Of a stretch of DNA of 64,000 nt, positions 27,175 to 35,578 are shown piece after piece; position 1 is the stretch's first letter; each line of letters opens with the position of its first letter. The notes below the pieces were generated by a model. It made no database searches and was not told where the DNA came from. It saw only the letters and a program-made list of their open reading frames with translations. Both the position numbers and the translations under genes were made by a program. Source of the DNA: Bdellovibrionales bacterium (GTDB lineage Bacteria; Pseudomonadota; Alphaproteobacteria; Micavibrionales; UBA2020); NCBI GenBank assembly GCA_038247245.1, contig JBBRVE010000002.1:10173-74172 (forward strand). The letters run 5' to 3'.

Positions 27175-30158
27175 GGATACGACACGGCGGCGGGGCCGTG
27201 GCCGTTCAGGGCGCGCGATTCAGGGGCGGATTCCGCGTTTTGCGCGGGAATGGCTGTGGCTATTGGGTTTTCTGCGTTTTCGACGCCCCGACCGCCCGCC
27301 GACAAGGGGCCGACTGGCCCCCGACCGGGGGCCGACCGCGCGGCATTTAACCCCGACCGGGTTTTGTCGTAGTCGAGTTTTGCCGGGTCGATAAGCCCGG
27401 ACAGATGCGGCGCGGCGTTGTCGTCGCCGTCATGCAGCAGCTCGTAATGGAACAGTCCCGCAGGCCCCCGGTGCAGCAGCAACAGCTCAAGGTCGGCAAG
27501 CCGCGCAAGATGCACTTTTAGCTGCGTGTCGGAGACGCCCGTATGGTCGCGCAGCTCCTTGCGGCTAAAGCGAATGTCCCGAGGCGGTAGCTTCCTTGCG
27601 GCAGCGCGGGCCTGCACCATCTGCCGGATGAGGCGCAGCAGCCGCCTTGTCTGCGGCGGCAGCTCGTCAAGGGAGCGGCCAAGGACTTCATGCGCCAGCG
27701 TGGTTGCGCGCGCAATATCCTCGCGCGTGGCCTCGATGTAGGAGATTGTTTTCTCGCCTTGGGTAAACGTGCGGATGGGCCGCTGGTGCTGGTGCAGCAG
27801 CGCAATCACGTCGATAAGAGTCAGATACTTTTCATGGTCGCGGCGGGTGCGCGTCCGGTCGTCAAGGAAGGTCAGGCGGTCGGCGTATGGGTTCACCACG
27901 AACAGCGGCTGCAGGAGCCGCTGCGCGTTCTGTTGCAGGGCCAAGATCCCGGTTTTCGCGGCCTTGGCCTGCAAGCCGTCGAGCGTTCTTTTAGCCCGCT
28001 GCTTCTCATGGATGGCGCGGGTCTGCTCCCGCCCTTCATCCACCGCCAGCACAAGGCAGCGGTTCATCAGCTCTTCGTCAATGTCGATGGCCGTGGTCGT
28101 CGTTATCAGCGCGGCGGGGCCTTCGACTCTGTATTCCTGCGTCACCAGATTGCCGTTGGCGTCGGCTCCGGTGCTGGCAATCACCAGCTCTCCCTCGGAT
28201 TGCAGCAGCTTCAACGCATAGGCGGCGCGCTGCGCGCCCTGTTCCTCCGCTATCGCCAGCACTTTGTTTTTAAGCGCGTCCTTGCCCATGTAGTACAGGC
28301 TCTGCCCGGTCACGGCGCTGTATTTCACCTTGTGGTCGTCGGGCATGAAGGCCAGCACCGCGTCCATGACGGAAGTTTTCCCGCCCGCGCTGCTCGACTG
28401 GATAACGACGCCAAGCGGGTTTTCCAGCTTGCGCGAAGTCGCGGCAAGATAGGCCGTCAAGACGTTGGTTTCCTCGCCCACCATCCCGCAGCGCACGAAG
28501 TCGGCCAGAATGCGCTCTATCAGGTCAGGCGCGCGCAGCAGCGCAAGCGCGGCCTCGCGCTCGTCCTCCGTCATGTCGGGGGTCGCGGGGTCTTTGGGCG
28601 CAAGCGCCTTGTTAATCTCGTCGTCCTGCACTTCTTCGAGCTTCAGCAGGACGCGGCCCAGCTCCGCTTTCAGCTCATCCTCCTTCGAGCGTAATTCGTG
28701 CGCGGCTGCTTGCGTGAACACCGCGCGGGCGCGGGCGGCGTAGAGGTCAAGCGTATCAACATGGAACAGGTCGCCTTGGCTCACCATCACAATGACTTTC
28801 AGGACGCCCACAGAGAGATTTTTGGGCAGGCCCCGGATGCGCCAGCGGCGCGCGCCGAAGGTCAACAGCACTTCCCGTTCGTTCACCGCGGCGTCGAGGT
28901 CGCAACGCGGCGCAGGCGGCATGGGTGATGCCGGCATGACAGCCGGCGCCGGATTCATAGCAGCTAAAGAAGATGGCACAGCTTCTTTAGTCGCCTCTTG
29001 TGGCGCAGGCTCGACCACGGTCAGTTCAGGCTCCTGCACATCCCGCGCGGGCGCTGTTCCGCTGCCGAGCCATTCGGCCTTGCGGATAAGAGCGCCAAGG
29101 CTTTTATTCGCAGGCTGCACTTTCAGCGCGTACTCGTTGGCGTCAACGCCTTGCGGGAACATGATGCGCCAGCATTCGATTCCAGCCTCCATCAGCTGCG
29201 CCGCAACCTTGGCAGCGCCCCGGTCGCCTGCCTCGTCGCGGTCGAAGGCGATTAACACGCGCTTGATGCCGTGGGTTTTAAAGGCGGTCAGCATTTCAGC
29301 GGTGAAGCCCTCGACGCCATAGGCGGCAGTCACATTGCGGAAGCCCGCGCACCAGAAGGTCGCGGCGTCCAGCAGGGCTTCGCACAGGATAATTTCTTTG
29401 CTGGCCGTCAATGCCTGCACGTTCCATAGGCCCTTGTGCGGCCCCGGCAGATACAGGTGCAGCGGTGTCCCCTTACGCAAGTTGTTCAGCAGCTTCCGGC
29501 CATAGATTTCCTGCACGTCGCCCTGCGGGCCGAGAATAGGAACAACCAACGAGCCGTTAAAGTGTTCATGGCCGCTTTCGCGGTAGATGCCGAGTTTTTC
29601 CAGCCGCGCGCGGATGGCTGCGCCTTCTTTCCGGGTTTTGTCCGGCAGGCGCAGGCCCAAGCTGCGGTCGGCAAGGCCGAGTTTGAAGGTGTCGATCAGC
29701 TCCGCGTTGTCCAAGCCGCGCTCTTTCAGGTAGGCGAGAGCTTCCGGCGATTGTTTCAGGCGGCTGTGATAATAGGCAACAACATCAGCCAGCAGCTTGT
29801 TGTCCTCCGCGTCCACCGTCACAGGCGCGGGCAAGGCCCGCACCGTGCTGCGTTTTACCGGGGCCTCTGTCACTTCGGACAGGCCCTCACGCAGCAGCTC
29901 GACCGCATGACGGAAGCTGACGCCGTTTTTCTTCATCACCCAGTCGACAACGCCGCCGCCAGCGCCGCAGCCGAAGCAGTTAAACAGGTTCTTGTCGCCG
30001 GATACGCGGAAGGATGGTGTCTCTTCCTCGTGGAACGGGCAGAGGCCCACATGGTCTTTGCCCTGCTTGGTCAGTTCCACGCCCGACGATTCGACCAGAC
30101 GCAGCAGCGAAGTTTCATTTTTTAGCCGCTCTATCTCTGCATCCGGGATTCTCGCCAT
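27171..30158 (-). CDS. DNA primase (zf-CHC2 plus Toprim) fused to a P-loop NTPase/helicase-like domain and a C-terminal DNA-binding region
   Basis: 995 aa. Zinc finger CPFHEEETPSFRVSGDKNLFNCFGCGAGG, Toprim ILCEALLDA...AFDRDEAGDRGA, and Walker A-like QSSSAGGKTSV. Confidence 0.85.
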   Translation of the reverse strand: MARIPDAEIERLKNETSLLRLVESSGVELTKQGKDHVGLCPFHEEETPSFRVSGDKNLFNCFGCGAGGGVVDWVMKKNGVSFRHAVELLREGLSEVTEAPVKRSTVRALPAPVTVDAEDNKLLADVVAYYHSRLKQSPEALAYLKERGLDNAELIDTFKLGLADRSLGLRLPDKTRKEGAAIRARLEKLGIYRESGHEHFNGSLVVPILGPQGDVQEIYGRKLLNNLRKGTPLHLYLPGPHKGLWNVQALTASKEIILCEALLDAATFWCAGFRNVTAAYGVEGFTAEMLTAFKTHGIKRVLIAFDRDEAGDRGAAKVAAQLMEAGIECWRIMFPQGVDANEYALKVQPANKSLGALIRKAEWLGSGTAPARDVQEPELTVVEPAPQEATKEAVPSSLAAMNPAPAVMPASPMPPAPRCDLDAAVNEREVLLTFGARRWRIRGLPKNLSVGVLKVIVMVSQGDLFHVDTLDLYAARARAVFTQAAAHELRSKEDELKAELGRVLLKLEEVQDDEINKALAPKDPATPDMTEDEREAALALLRAPDLIERILADFVRCGMVGEETNVLTAYLAATSRKLENPLGVVIQSSSAGGKTSVMDAVLAFMPDDHKVKYSAVTGQSLYYMGKDALKNKVLAIAEEQGAQRAAYALKLLQSEGELVIASTGADANGNLVTQEYRVEGPAALITTTTAIDIDEELMNRCLVLAVDEGREQTRAIHEKQRAKRTLDGLQAKAAKTGILALQQNAQRLLQPLFVVNPYADRLTFLDDRTRTRRDHEKYLTLIDVIALLHQHQRPIRTFTQGEKTISYIEATREDIARATTLAHEVLGRSLDELPPQTRRLLRLIRQMVQARAAARKLPPRDIRFSRKELRDHTGVSDTQLKVHLARLADLELLLLHRGPAGLFHYELLHDGDDNAAPHLSGLIDPAKLDYDKTRSGLNAARSAPGRGPVGPLSAGGRGVENAENPIATAIPAQNAESAPESRALNGHGPAAVSYP

Positions 30159-30307
30159 TTTCGGGGGTTCCTTCTAAAACCTGTCAAGAGGTGGGCCGGG
30201 TCAAGCGGCTAAAAATTAACCTGATTGAGTTTTACGTCATATGCTTGTAAAGTCAACAAGGATGAACATAGTTTCAGGGCGCTTATCCAGAATCGGAGGT
30301 TAGTATC

Positions 30308-30706
30308 ATGGTCGCATTAGAGAACCAGCAATCGGGTGTCGCTATGGGCCAGTCTCTTTCTCAGGACGAGAAGATTTATTTTAAAACGCTCGGCGCGCGC
30401 ATCGCGCAGCGCCGCGAAGAACTCGACCTGACACAGCAACAGGTCGCGGACGCCCTGCACCTGACACAGCAAACCTATGCGGCTTATGAGGTTGGCCGTC
30501 ACAGGCTGCCCGTTTCCCTGCTTCCCGTCCTCTCCGAAGTCTTGTCGATAGAGGTGGAAGTATTGCTTGGGATGGCCGCGAAGAACGCAAAGCGCGGCCC
30601 CGCGCCGAAGTACCAGCAGCAGATTGAGCAGATAAGCCGCCTGCCTAAACCGCAGCAGCGTATGCTGACGGACGTAATCGACGGCCTCCTGCTAAAGTTC
30701 GGCTGA
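30308..30706 (+). CDS. XRE-family transcriptional regulator
   Basis: HTH LGARIAQRREELDLTQQQVADALHLTQQTYAAYEVGRHRLPVSLL. Divergent from the primase operon. The start may be MGQSL at 30344. Confidence 0.85.
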   Translation: MVALENQQSGVAMGQSLSQDEKIYFKTLGARIAQRREELDLTQQQVADALHLTQQTYAAYEVGRHRLPVSLLPVLSEVLSIEVEVLLGMAAKNAKRGPAPKYQQQIEQISRLPKPQQRMLTDVIDGLLLKFG

Positions 30707-30783
30707 CGGAGGCAACATTTTTATTTCGCCCGCCTGCTCTCTACCGGGAGCGGGATGGGGAATCATTAGCAGCTAAGAAAAGA

Positions 30784-32358
30784 CTATCCTGCTTTACGCA
30801 CCGCGCCGGGTGACGCCCGCGCGGCTGCGCCTCTGCCTTCCGCGCCTTCGGGCGGGACAAGCCGCGATAGCAGCTCTTTCGTTTGCAACACGTTACGCCG
30901 CAGCGCCACGGTCGCAAGCGCCGGGTTCAAGGCGATTGCGGCTTGCTGCCGCACGATAACGGCAGGCGGCGGCCCGCGCGCGGCTCGGCCCTCGGGCAGA
31001 TTAAGCGCGCGCAACAGTTCCGCGTTGCTCTGGCGTTGCAGGCGCGTCGTAAAGGCAACCTCGTTGAACGACGCCGACAGCGGAACTTTCATGATGATGG
31101 TGTAAGGCGGCATCCCGTTCAGCAGCAGGCCCATGCGGTAGATATTCCGTTCCAGCTCCCGGTTCACGGCCTGAATGCGCTCTGTCTCCCGCCGCTGGCG
31201 CTCCAGCGTTGACATTTCTTCGGCCACCCTGCGGAAGGCATCCATTTTTTGCTCAAGCTCTTTTTGCCGTTCCTCGGCGGCCTGCTGGCGGCGGGTGCGC
31301 TCCTGCAACCATTCGCTTTCCTGCCGCTGCATGATGCGCGCCCATGCCCGCTCCAGCAACAGGCGGATGCGGGTGATGAACCCTTCCGGCAGCGCCGCGC
31401 TGCCGATAGACGCCTCCAGCAGCGCAATGTCGTTTGACATCGAGGACAGCCGCGCCTCCATCTGCGCCACTTGCTCCAGCAGCGCACGGATGGCCGGGGT
31501 CGGCTTTACCCTGTTGGCCTGTTTCGCTTGCTGCTCGGCCACCACGTCGCGGTATTGCTGAATCTGCACAATCTCCGCGTTGTATTCCGCGCGGGTGCGG
31601 CCTTGGTCGATGGCGGGATAATCCACCTCCCGCCCGTTCTTCTCGCGCTTTGTGACGCTGCCCTGTTTCGGCTTCGTGCCCTTGCGGTGCATCGCCATCG
31701 AGGTCACGCCCACATGGGTCTGCGGCGGCGTCATGATGCCGCGCGCCTTGTGGCTGCGGTGGTCGATGCGGGCGCTGTGTCCGGCTTTCTCAAGCGCCGT
31801 ATTCGCCAGCGCCTCCCATGTCTTGCGAAGCTCGATGATTTCGGCGGGGCCGCTGCGCTTGCCGTCCAGCACCCGCGTTTTCTTGCCAAGCCCGCCGCCG
31901 TCCACCTCGCGCACGGTCATTTGCAAGTGGGCGTGGTAATTCCACGGGTTGCCCTCGGCATGGGGGCGGTGCATAGCAACATCGACCGCCACGCCGTACC
32001 GCTTGAGCAGGTGGAAGGCGAAGGCCTGCACAAGCGCCCGCATCTGCGCCTCGTTCAGCTCGTGCGGCAGGGCAAGCACGACCTCGCGCGCCACCCGCGC
32101 GTCTTTGCGCTTCTCGGCGGCCTCGGCCATGTTCCACAGCAGGGCATGGTCGGCCAGCCAGGGCGGCGCGCCTTCAGGCAGCAGGATGAAGGTTTCCATG
32201 ACGCCGTGCCGGGGCCGGAAGTCATAGGCCCGGCCCGACCGCTCGTCAATCAGCAGCGTACCCGTCCGATAGGCGGCGAAGGCAACCGCGCTCCGGGTCA
32301 CGCCCGGAACCTTCGAGGCGCGGCTGATGGCCTTCACGCTGCAATGAAAGATCGCCAT
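30784..32358 (-). CDS. MobA/MobL-family (MobQ-type) conjugative relaxase
   Basis: N-terminus MAIFHCSVKAISR, motif EVVLALPHEL, HxH motif NYHAHLQM and ALEKAGHSARIDHRS all parallel RSF1010 MobA (MAIYHLTAK, EVEFALPVEL, NPHCHLMI, ALERAGHDARIDHRT). Confidence 0.88.
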   Translation of the reverse strand: MAIFHCSVKAISRASKVPGVTRSAVAFAAYRTGTLLIDERSGRAYDFRPRHGVMETFILLPEGAPPWLADHALLWNMAEAAEKRKDARVAREVVLALPHELNEAQMRALVQAFAFHLLKRYGVAVDVAMHRPHAEGNPWNYHAHLQMTVREVDGGGLGKKTRVLDGKRSGPAEIIELRKTWEALANTALEKAGHSARIDHRSHKARGIMTPPQTHVGVTSMAMHRKGTKPKQGSVTKREKNGREVDYPAIDQGRTRAEYNAEIVQIQQYRDVVAEQQAKQANRVKPTPAIRALLEQVAQMEARLSSMSNDIALLEASIGSAALPEGFITRIRLLLERAWARIMQRQESEWLQERTRRQQAAEERQKELEQKMDAFRRVAEEMSTLERQRRETERIQAVNRELERNIYRMGLLLNGMPPYTIIMKVPLSASFNEVAFTTRLQRQSNAELLRALNLPEGRAARGPPPAVIVRQQAAIALNPALATVALRRNVLQTKELLSRLVPPEGAEGRGAAARASPGAVRKAG

Positions 32359-32703
32359 GAGCGGCTTTCATCCTCCCTTAAAAACGCGCTGTATCGTGCC
32401 GCAGAAAGGCGCGTACTGCGCGGGGGCCGCTAAAAAAAGCGGCCCGCATTCGAAGCGCGCCGACATGATGCGAAGAGCATCAGGTGGGCGGGCTTCGCTC
32501 CCGGCTAGAAGTGCCGGGATGCGCGCTCTCGCGCGCCGCATGGTCAAGCGTCCCAACATCGGCGGGAGCTTGACCGGGTTTCCAAAGGGGCGTACAAGCC
32601 CCTTGTGTTCAGGTGTCGGGGCGAACAGCCCTGACATGCAGCCGCCACAAGGAACGGTGAAGGCTGCCGAGTGCAGAGGCGTTTCGCCTTTGCCGCGCGT
32701 GCG

Positions 32704-32738
32704 TTGCCCCGCTTGAGGGGGCAATGCGTAAGTGCGCC
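32704..32738 (+). promoter_or_regulatory. candidate oriT: inverted repeat plus MobQ nick motif
   Basis: TTGCCCC-gcttgag-GGGGCAA, followed 4 nt later by TAAGTGCGCC, which matches the RSF1010/R1162 nick region TAAGTGCG/CCCT. Lies about 350 bp upstream of the relaxase gene. Confidence 0.65.
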
Positions 32739-33179
32739 TTTAATCAATTCTATGCTTCGTCGCAGGTGGTCATCGGTTAGTCGTCCGGTGGTGAAGTGAG
32801 TTTTTTCGCGCAATACAGCGTCTCCGGCTGTCTGGTGATTTTTACAGCCGTTGCACTTAACCCGGCATTACGGGTTGCGCTGAATCTTGCTCTTACCTCG
32901 AGTCTAAGGCGCGGCAGCTTGACCAATGGTTAAAGTTTTTGGAATCAACACGCTCGGACAGGGGAAGGAATATCGGGGTGTTCCTCGATACGGCGCGACT
33001 CGGGTGGGTCGCGCTTGTGTATTACAAAGCTCATGCGGCGGCGCAATATCCCGCGCCGACTGCATTCAGTTTTTGCGGGTTTTCTTTTTCAGGGGTCGGC
33101 CCCGCGCGGCAGCGCGGGCCGGGGTTGAGGGGCGCTCGCCCGGCCGGGCGGCAGGCCCGGACGCAAGAGCGGGGCTCGC

Positions 33180-33560
33180 TCAGGGGACGTCTTTCCAGTA
33201 AAAAAACGGCCCACCAATGTAGAGCAGAAGAATCACAAAATAGAACAAGAGCACCGTATTAATAACCGTATTCGTTCCGCCCTTGAAAAACTTCAATGAC
33301 ACCGAGTAGTAAAAAGCACATCCTAGAAAGTAAACTAGGGGGTATTTCTCAATCGCCCTGCATTGTGCGCTGAAAAAATGAAACACTGGAGGCCAAATCG
33401 ATCCGAGTTCCATAGCTGTCTCGTAGAGCAGCCGAAAGGCGGATCGACTGAATACGAAGAAGATAATTGCAATGGCAATGAAACCTAAATTGAATCTTTC
33501 AATAAAGTGACCGAATTCAAACCCCTTTAGAAAATTTATTATTCTGCGCTGCATCCGCAT
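33180..33560 (-). CDS. putative immunity protein of orphan toxin 2 (multi-pass membrane protein)
   Basis: 126 aa with about 4 hydrophobic helices. Its start overlaps the toxin 3' end by 22 nt. Low GC. Confidence 0.6.
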   Translation of the reverse strand: MRMQRRIINFLKGFEFGHFIERFNLGFIAIAIIFFVFSRSAFRLLYETAMELGSIWPPVFHFFSAQCRAIEKYPLVYFLGCAFYYSVSLKFFKGGTNTVINTVLLFYFVILLLYIGGPFFYWKDVP

Positions 33561-34132
33561 GAACCCTCCTTGTCTAAAAGCGGGTCCAATTTGCTGTAAA
33601 TATCTGTCATGATGCCGTACTTAGCGCGCAACGCTTGAGTAGCTTCGTGGATAAATAACCTTGCTGCTTCCTCTCTACTCCAGCCAAGAGACCTGACGCT
33701 CATGCCCATAGTTTGGTCCGGTTGGCCCGGAAACCCATACTGCGGAAGAAACCTAGGTTCCCAATTAGTGTGACCAGCCCCCCCATTTGCAGTGAAGAAG
33801 GTATTATCCTCCCAAAATGAATGGGGATAATAGCCAAAGTTAAAGCTCACTACATTCGTAAAAAACATATCCTCTAAGGTTTGATTGTCCTTACGAAGTT
33901 GTTTCCTAAACCAGTCGCCGAGGGCGCTACATTTCAGCCTATTGTAGGCTTCTTCGATAATTTCATCTTTGGTAGCAGGGTCGCCCACGCCGGAGTTCAC
34001 GTCTATGAATTTTAAACCTAGTGGGTCAATCGCATTGACCGGATTCTGCCCAACATAGCCGAAGGTGTTGAGGCCGCCAGCTATTCCGATTGGGTCGCTG
34101 CTGATATAGCGGCCTACATTCAGAAGTTCCAA
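33539..34132 (-). CDS. orphan Rhs C-terminal toxin cassette 2
   Basis: Begins [40 protein letters not shown], then a unique ~150-aa domain. TTG start directly after the upstream stop, with GGAG 4 nt upstream. Confidence 0.8.
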   Translation of the reverse strand: MELLNVGRYISSDPIGIAGGLNTFGYVGQNPVNAIDPLGLKFIDVNSGVGDPATKDEIIEEAYNRLKCSALGDWFRKQLRKDNQTLEDMFFTNVVSFNFGYYPHSFWEDNTFFTANGGAGHTNWEPRFLPQYGFPGQPDQTMGMSVRSLGWSREEAARLFIHEATQALRAKYGIMTDIYSKLDPLLDKEGSCGCSAE

Positions 34133-34133
34133 T

Positions 34134-34574
34134 TTACTCCAACCCCTTAGAGTGCTGGCGGTTCTTTTCTATTGCTTTAAAATGTTTCTCGGAACGCTTT
34201 AGGTCATTAATAAACGCTACAGCTACCGTAGAGATATGAGCTTTGGCATTCTTGGCGCAGCCTTTATCAATCATCTGAAGTAGCACCTCGCTGTCTTGAG
34301 TGAGGAATGGGCGTTTAACTTGCCTGTCAAACACATTGTAGCCGGAAAAATAACCTAAAACCCAAGCGGCATTCTCCTTTTCAACGGCAGAGCCAGTGCG
34401 CCGATGGGTCAACCATTCCGAGCAGAGCCGGTTACTTGCATTTGGATCAATTATCTCGGGGTGTGAATTAAAATATCCATCCTGCTTCGGTGAAGCACTC
34501 ACGCCTTCCCCTTGAAAAAAAGCAACCATCGCCAAGACTGATAAAAGCCCGAGTATGTTCGTCTTAATTTCCAT
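34134..34574 (-). CDS. putative immunity protein of orphan toxin 1 (signal peptide, periplasmic)
   Basis: Start placed at MEIKTNILGLLSVLAMVAFFQGEGVSA. 146 aa. Lies immediately downstream of the toxin ORF (the extended ORF overlaps it). Confidence 0.6.
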   Translation of the reverse strand: MEIKTNILGLLSVLAMVAFFQGEGVSASPKQDGYFNSHPEIIDPNASNRLCSEWLTHRRTGSAVEKENAAWVLGYFSGYNVFDRQVKRPFLTQDSEVLLQMIDKGCAKNAKAHISTVAVAFINDLKRSEKHFKAIEKNRQHSKGLE

Positions 34575-34588
34575 CAAGCGTTTCCTCT

Positions 34589-35275
34589 TTACTGCTTTGG
34601 CGGCGTACAAATCCCGCCAGCCTCCGGGACACATTGATAATCATTTTTAAGAGCTTTAAGAAAATATGGCGTGACGAATGGTGATACCGCTGGATCAACA
34701 ACAAAAGGTAGTGGGCAAACGGGCATTGGGCCGTTAGCAGTGCCTTTCATTTCCAAGCCCAGCATATCGAGCGGTCCGCCCGGGGCAACGAAACTGCAAG
34801 CTGTTCCTTGATCGTACACGCAGTCGTATTGCCCCCACTTCACCACAGGAGATTTGGGATCATCTGGATCAGCAGGAGCGTAAGTTATCCCGCCGAAATT
34901 ATAATCAGGTTGGTAAATTCCTAACTGTGTAAGAGCGGGGTCTTTCTCAGTAACTTCGGGAGCATGTGCAGTGCAAACTAAATACTTATCAGATGGGCAA
35001 AGTCCCATAAAGTCAAAAAACCCAACAGGATTAGCTTTTACGTAGAGGAAAGTGTTGAGGCCGCCAGTGAGTCCGATAGGGTCGGACGATATATAGCGGC
35101 CTATATTTATGGCAACCTTGTTATCGCGCTCGGGTTGCTGATACGTATGGTCGGGACAAAGGTTGCCGCTGTCGTCGTACTCGCCTTGCAGCAACTGGGC
35201 AACCGCGTCGTAGTTATATGCCGTCGCGCTGCCGGGGGCGTGTCGGTCAGAAAAATCGTGAAGATCGCGCGGCAA
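34589..35275 (-). CDS. orphan Rhs C-terminal toxin cassette 1
   Basis: [35 protein letters not shown], followed by a Cys-rich ~160-aa domain. TTG start with AAGGA 6 nt upstream. The 5' leader is homologous to that of cassette 4. Confidence 0.8.
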   Translation of the reverse strand: MPRDLHDFSDRHAPGSATAYNYDAVAQLLQGEYDDSGNLCPDHTYQQPERDNKVAINIGRYISSDPIGLTGGLNTFLYVKANPVGFFDFMGLCPSDKYLVCTAHAPEVTEKDPALTQLGIYQPDYNFGGITYAPADPDDPKSPVVKWGQYDCVYDQGTACSFVAPGGPLDMLGLEMKGTANGPMPVCPLPFVVDPAVSPFVTPYFLKALKNDYQCVPEAGGICTPPKQ

Positions 35276-35338
35276 TGTAATTCCTTAAAGCCAGAGGTTT
35301 AAGTTAGTGCAGAAATCAAGTTAATCCGCCCCCTTTGA

Positions 35339-35578
35339 TTATTCTTTGCGTCGCAACTCCCACAAACGCCCTTTCAGAGCGGCAACAGCTTTTTCAAAAT
35401 CTGTAAGTGCAAACTTCCAAGTACCGCCATCCTTGGGACTAAATATTTCAATCTGCATTTCGTCAAAGCCTTCTTCTTGAGTCATGACGCATACTATCTG
35501 ATCGTCAAAATATAGGTCGCCAACAAGGTCCTCGTGGTCGGGATCACTACCTACAGTAATGCGGAAACGCGGGTTCAT
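35339..35578 (-). CDS. putative cognate immunity protein of the full-length Rhs toxin
   Basis: 79-aa acidic protein. Its ATG overlaps the rhs stop (ATGA). Confidence 0.65.
   Translation of the reverse strand: MNPRFRITVGSDPDHEDLVGDLYFDDQIVCVMTQEEGFDEMQIEIFSPKDGGTWKFALTDFEKAVAALKGRLWELRRKE

Larger units (their letters stand above)
25990..33180. mobile_element. nested integrative mobilizable element (approximate ends) splitting the Rhs orphan array
   Basis: A visibly GC-richer block between low-GC cassettes. Encodes a tyrosine recombinase, a primase with a P-loop domain, an XRE repressor and a MobA/MobL relaxase, and carries an RSF1010-like oriT. Exact att repeats were not resolved. Confidence 0.7.

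Noticed and set aside
28955-28982. A 9-bp inverted repeat CTAAAGAAG...CTTCTTTAG in an AT-richer patch inside the primase gene, and a similar AGCAGCTAAGAA string at 30764-30775.
   Set aside because: It falls in a linker-coding part of the gene (..EATKEAVPSSLAAMN..) and is short. There is no supporting evidence for an internal origin or site.
32368-32724. ORF 32368..32724(-) (118 aa) and ORF 32544..32813(-) upstream of the relaxase, considered as a MobC-like accessory protein.
   Set aside because: The translations are Pro/Arg/Gly/Ala-rich and look like nonsense. There is no RBS, and the ORFs overlap the oriT candidate. I saw no RHH or MobC-like motif.
25969-32895. A 13/14-nt match in inverted orientation near the two ends of the nested element: TAAGAAGCAAGATT at 25969-25982 against the reverse complement of AATCTTGCTCTTA at 32883-32895.
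   Set aside because: The right copy lies about 285 bp inside the GC-rich block rather than at the compositional boundary (about 33180). The left copy coincides with the SD/TTG start of orphan toxin 3. Tyrosine-recombinase elements are expected to have direct rather than inverted repeats. I treat it as possibly fortuitous and note it for anyone mapping the ends.
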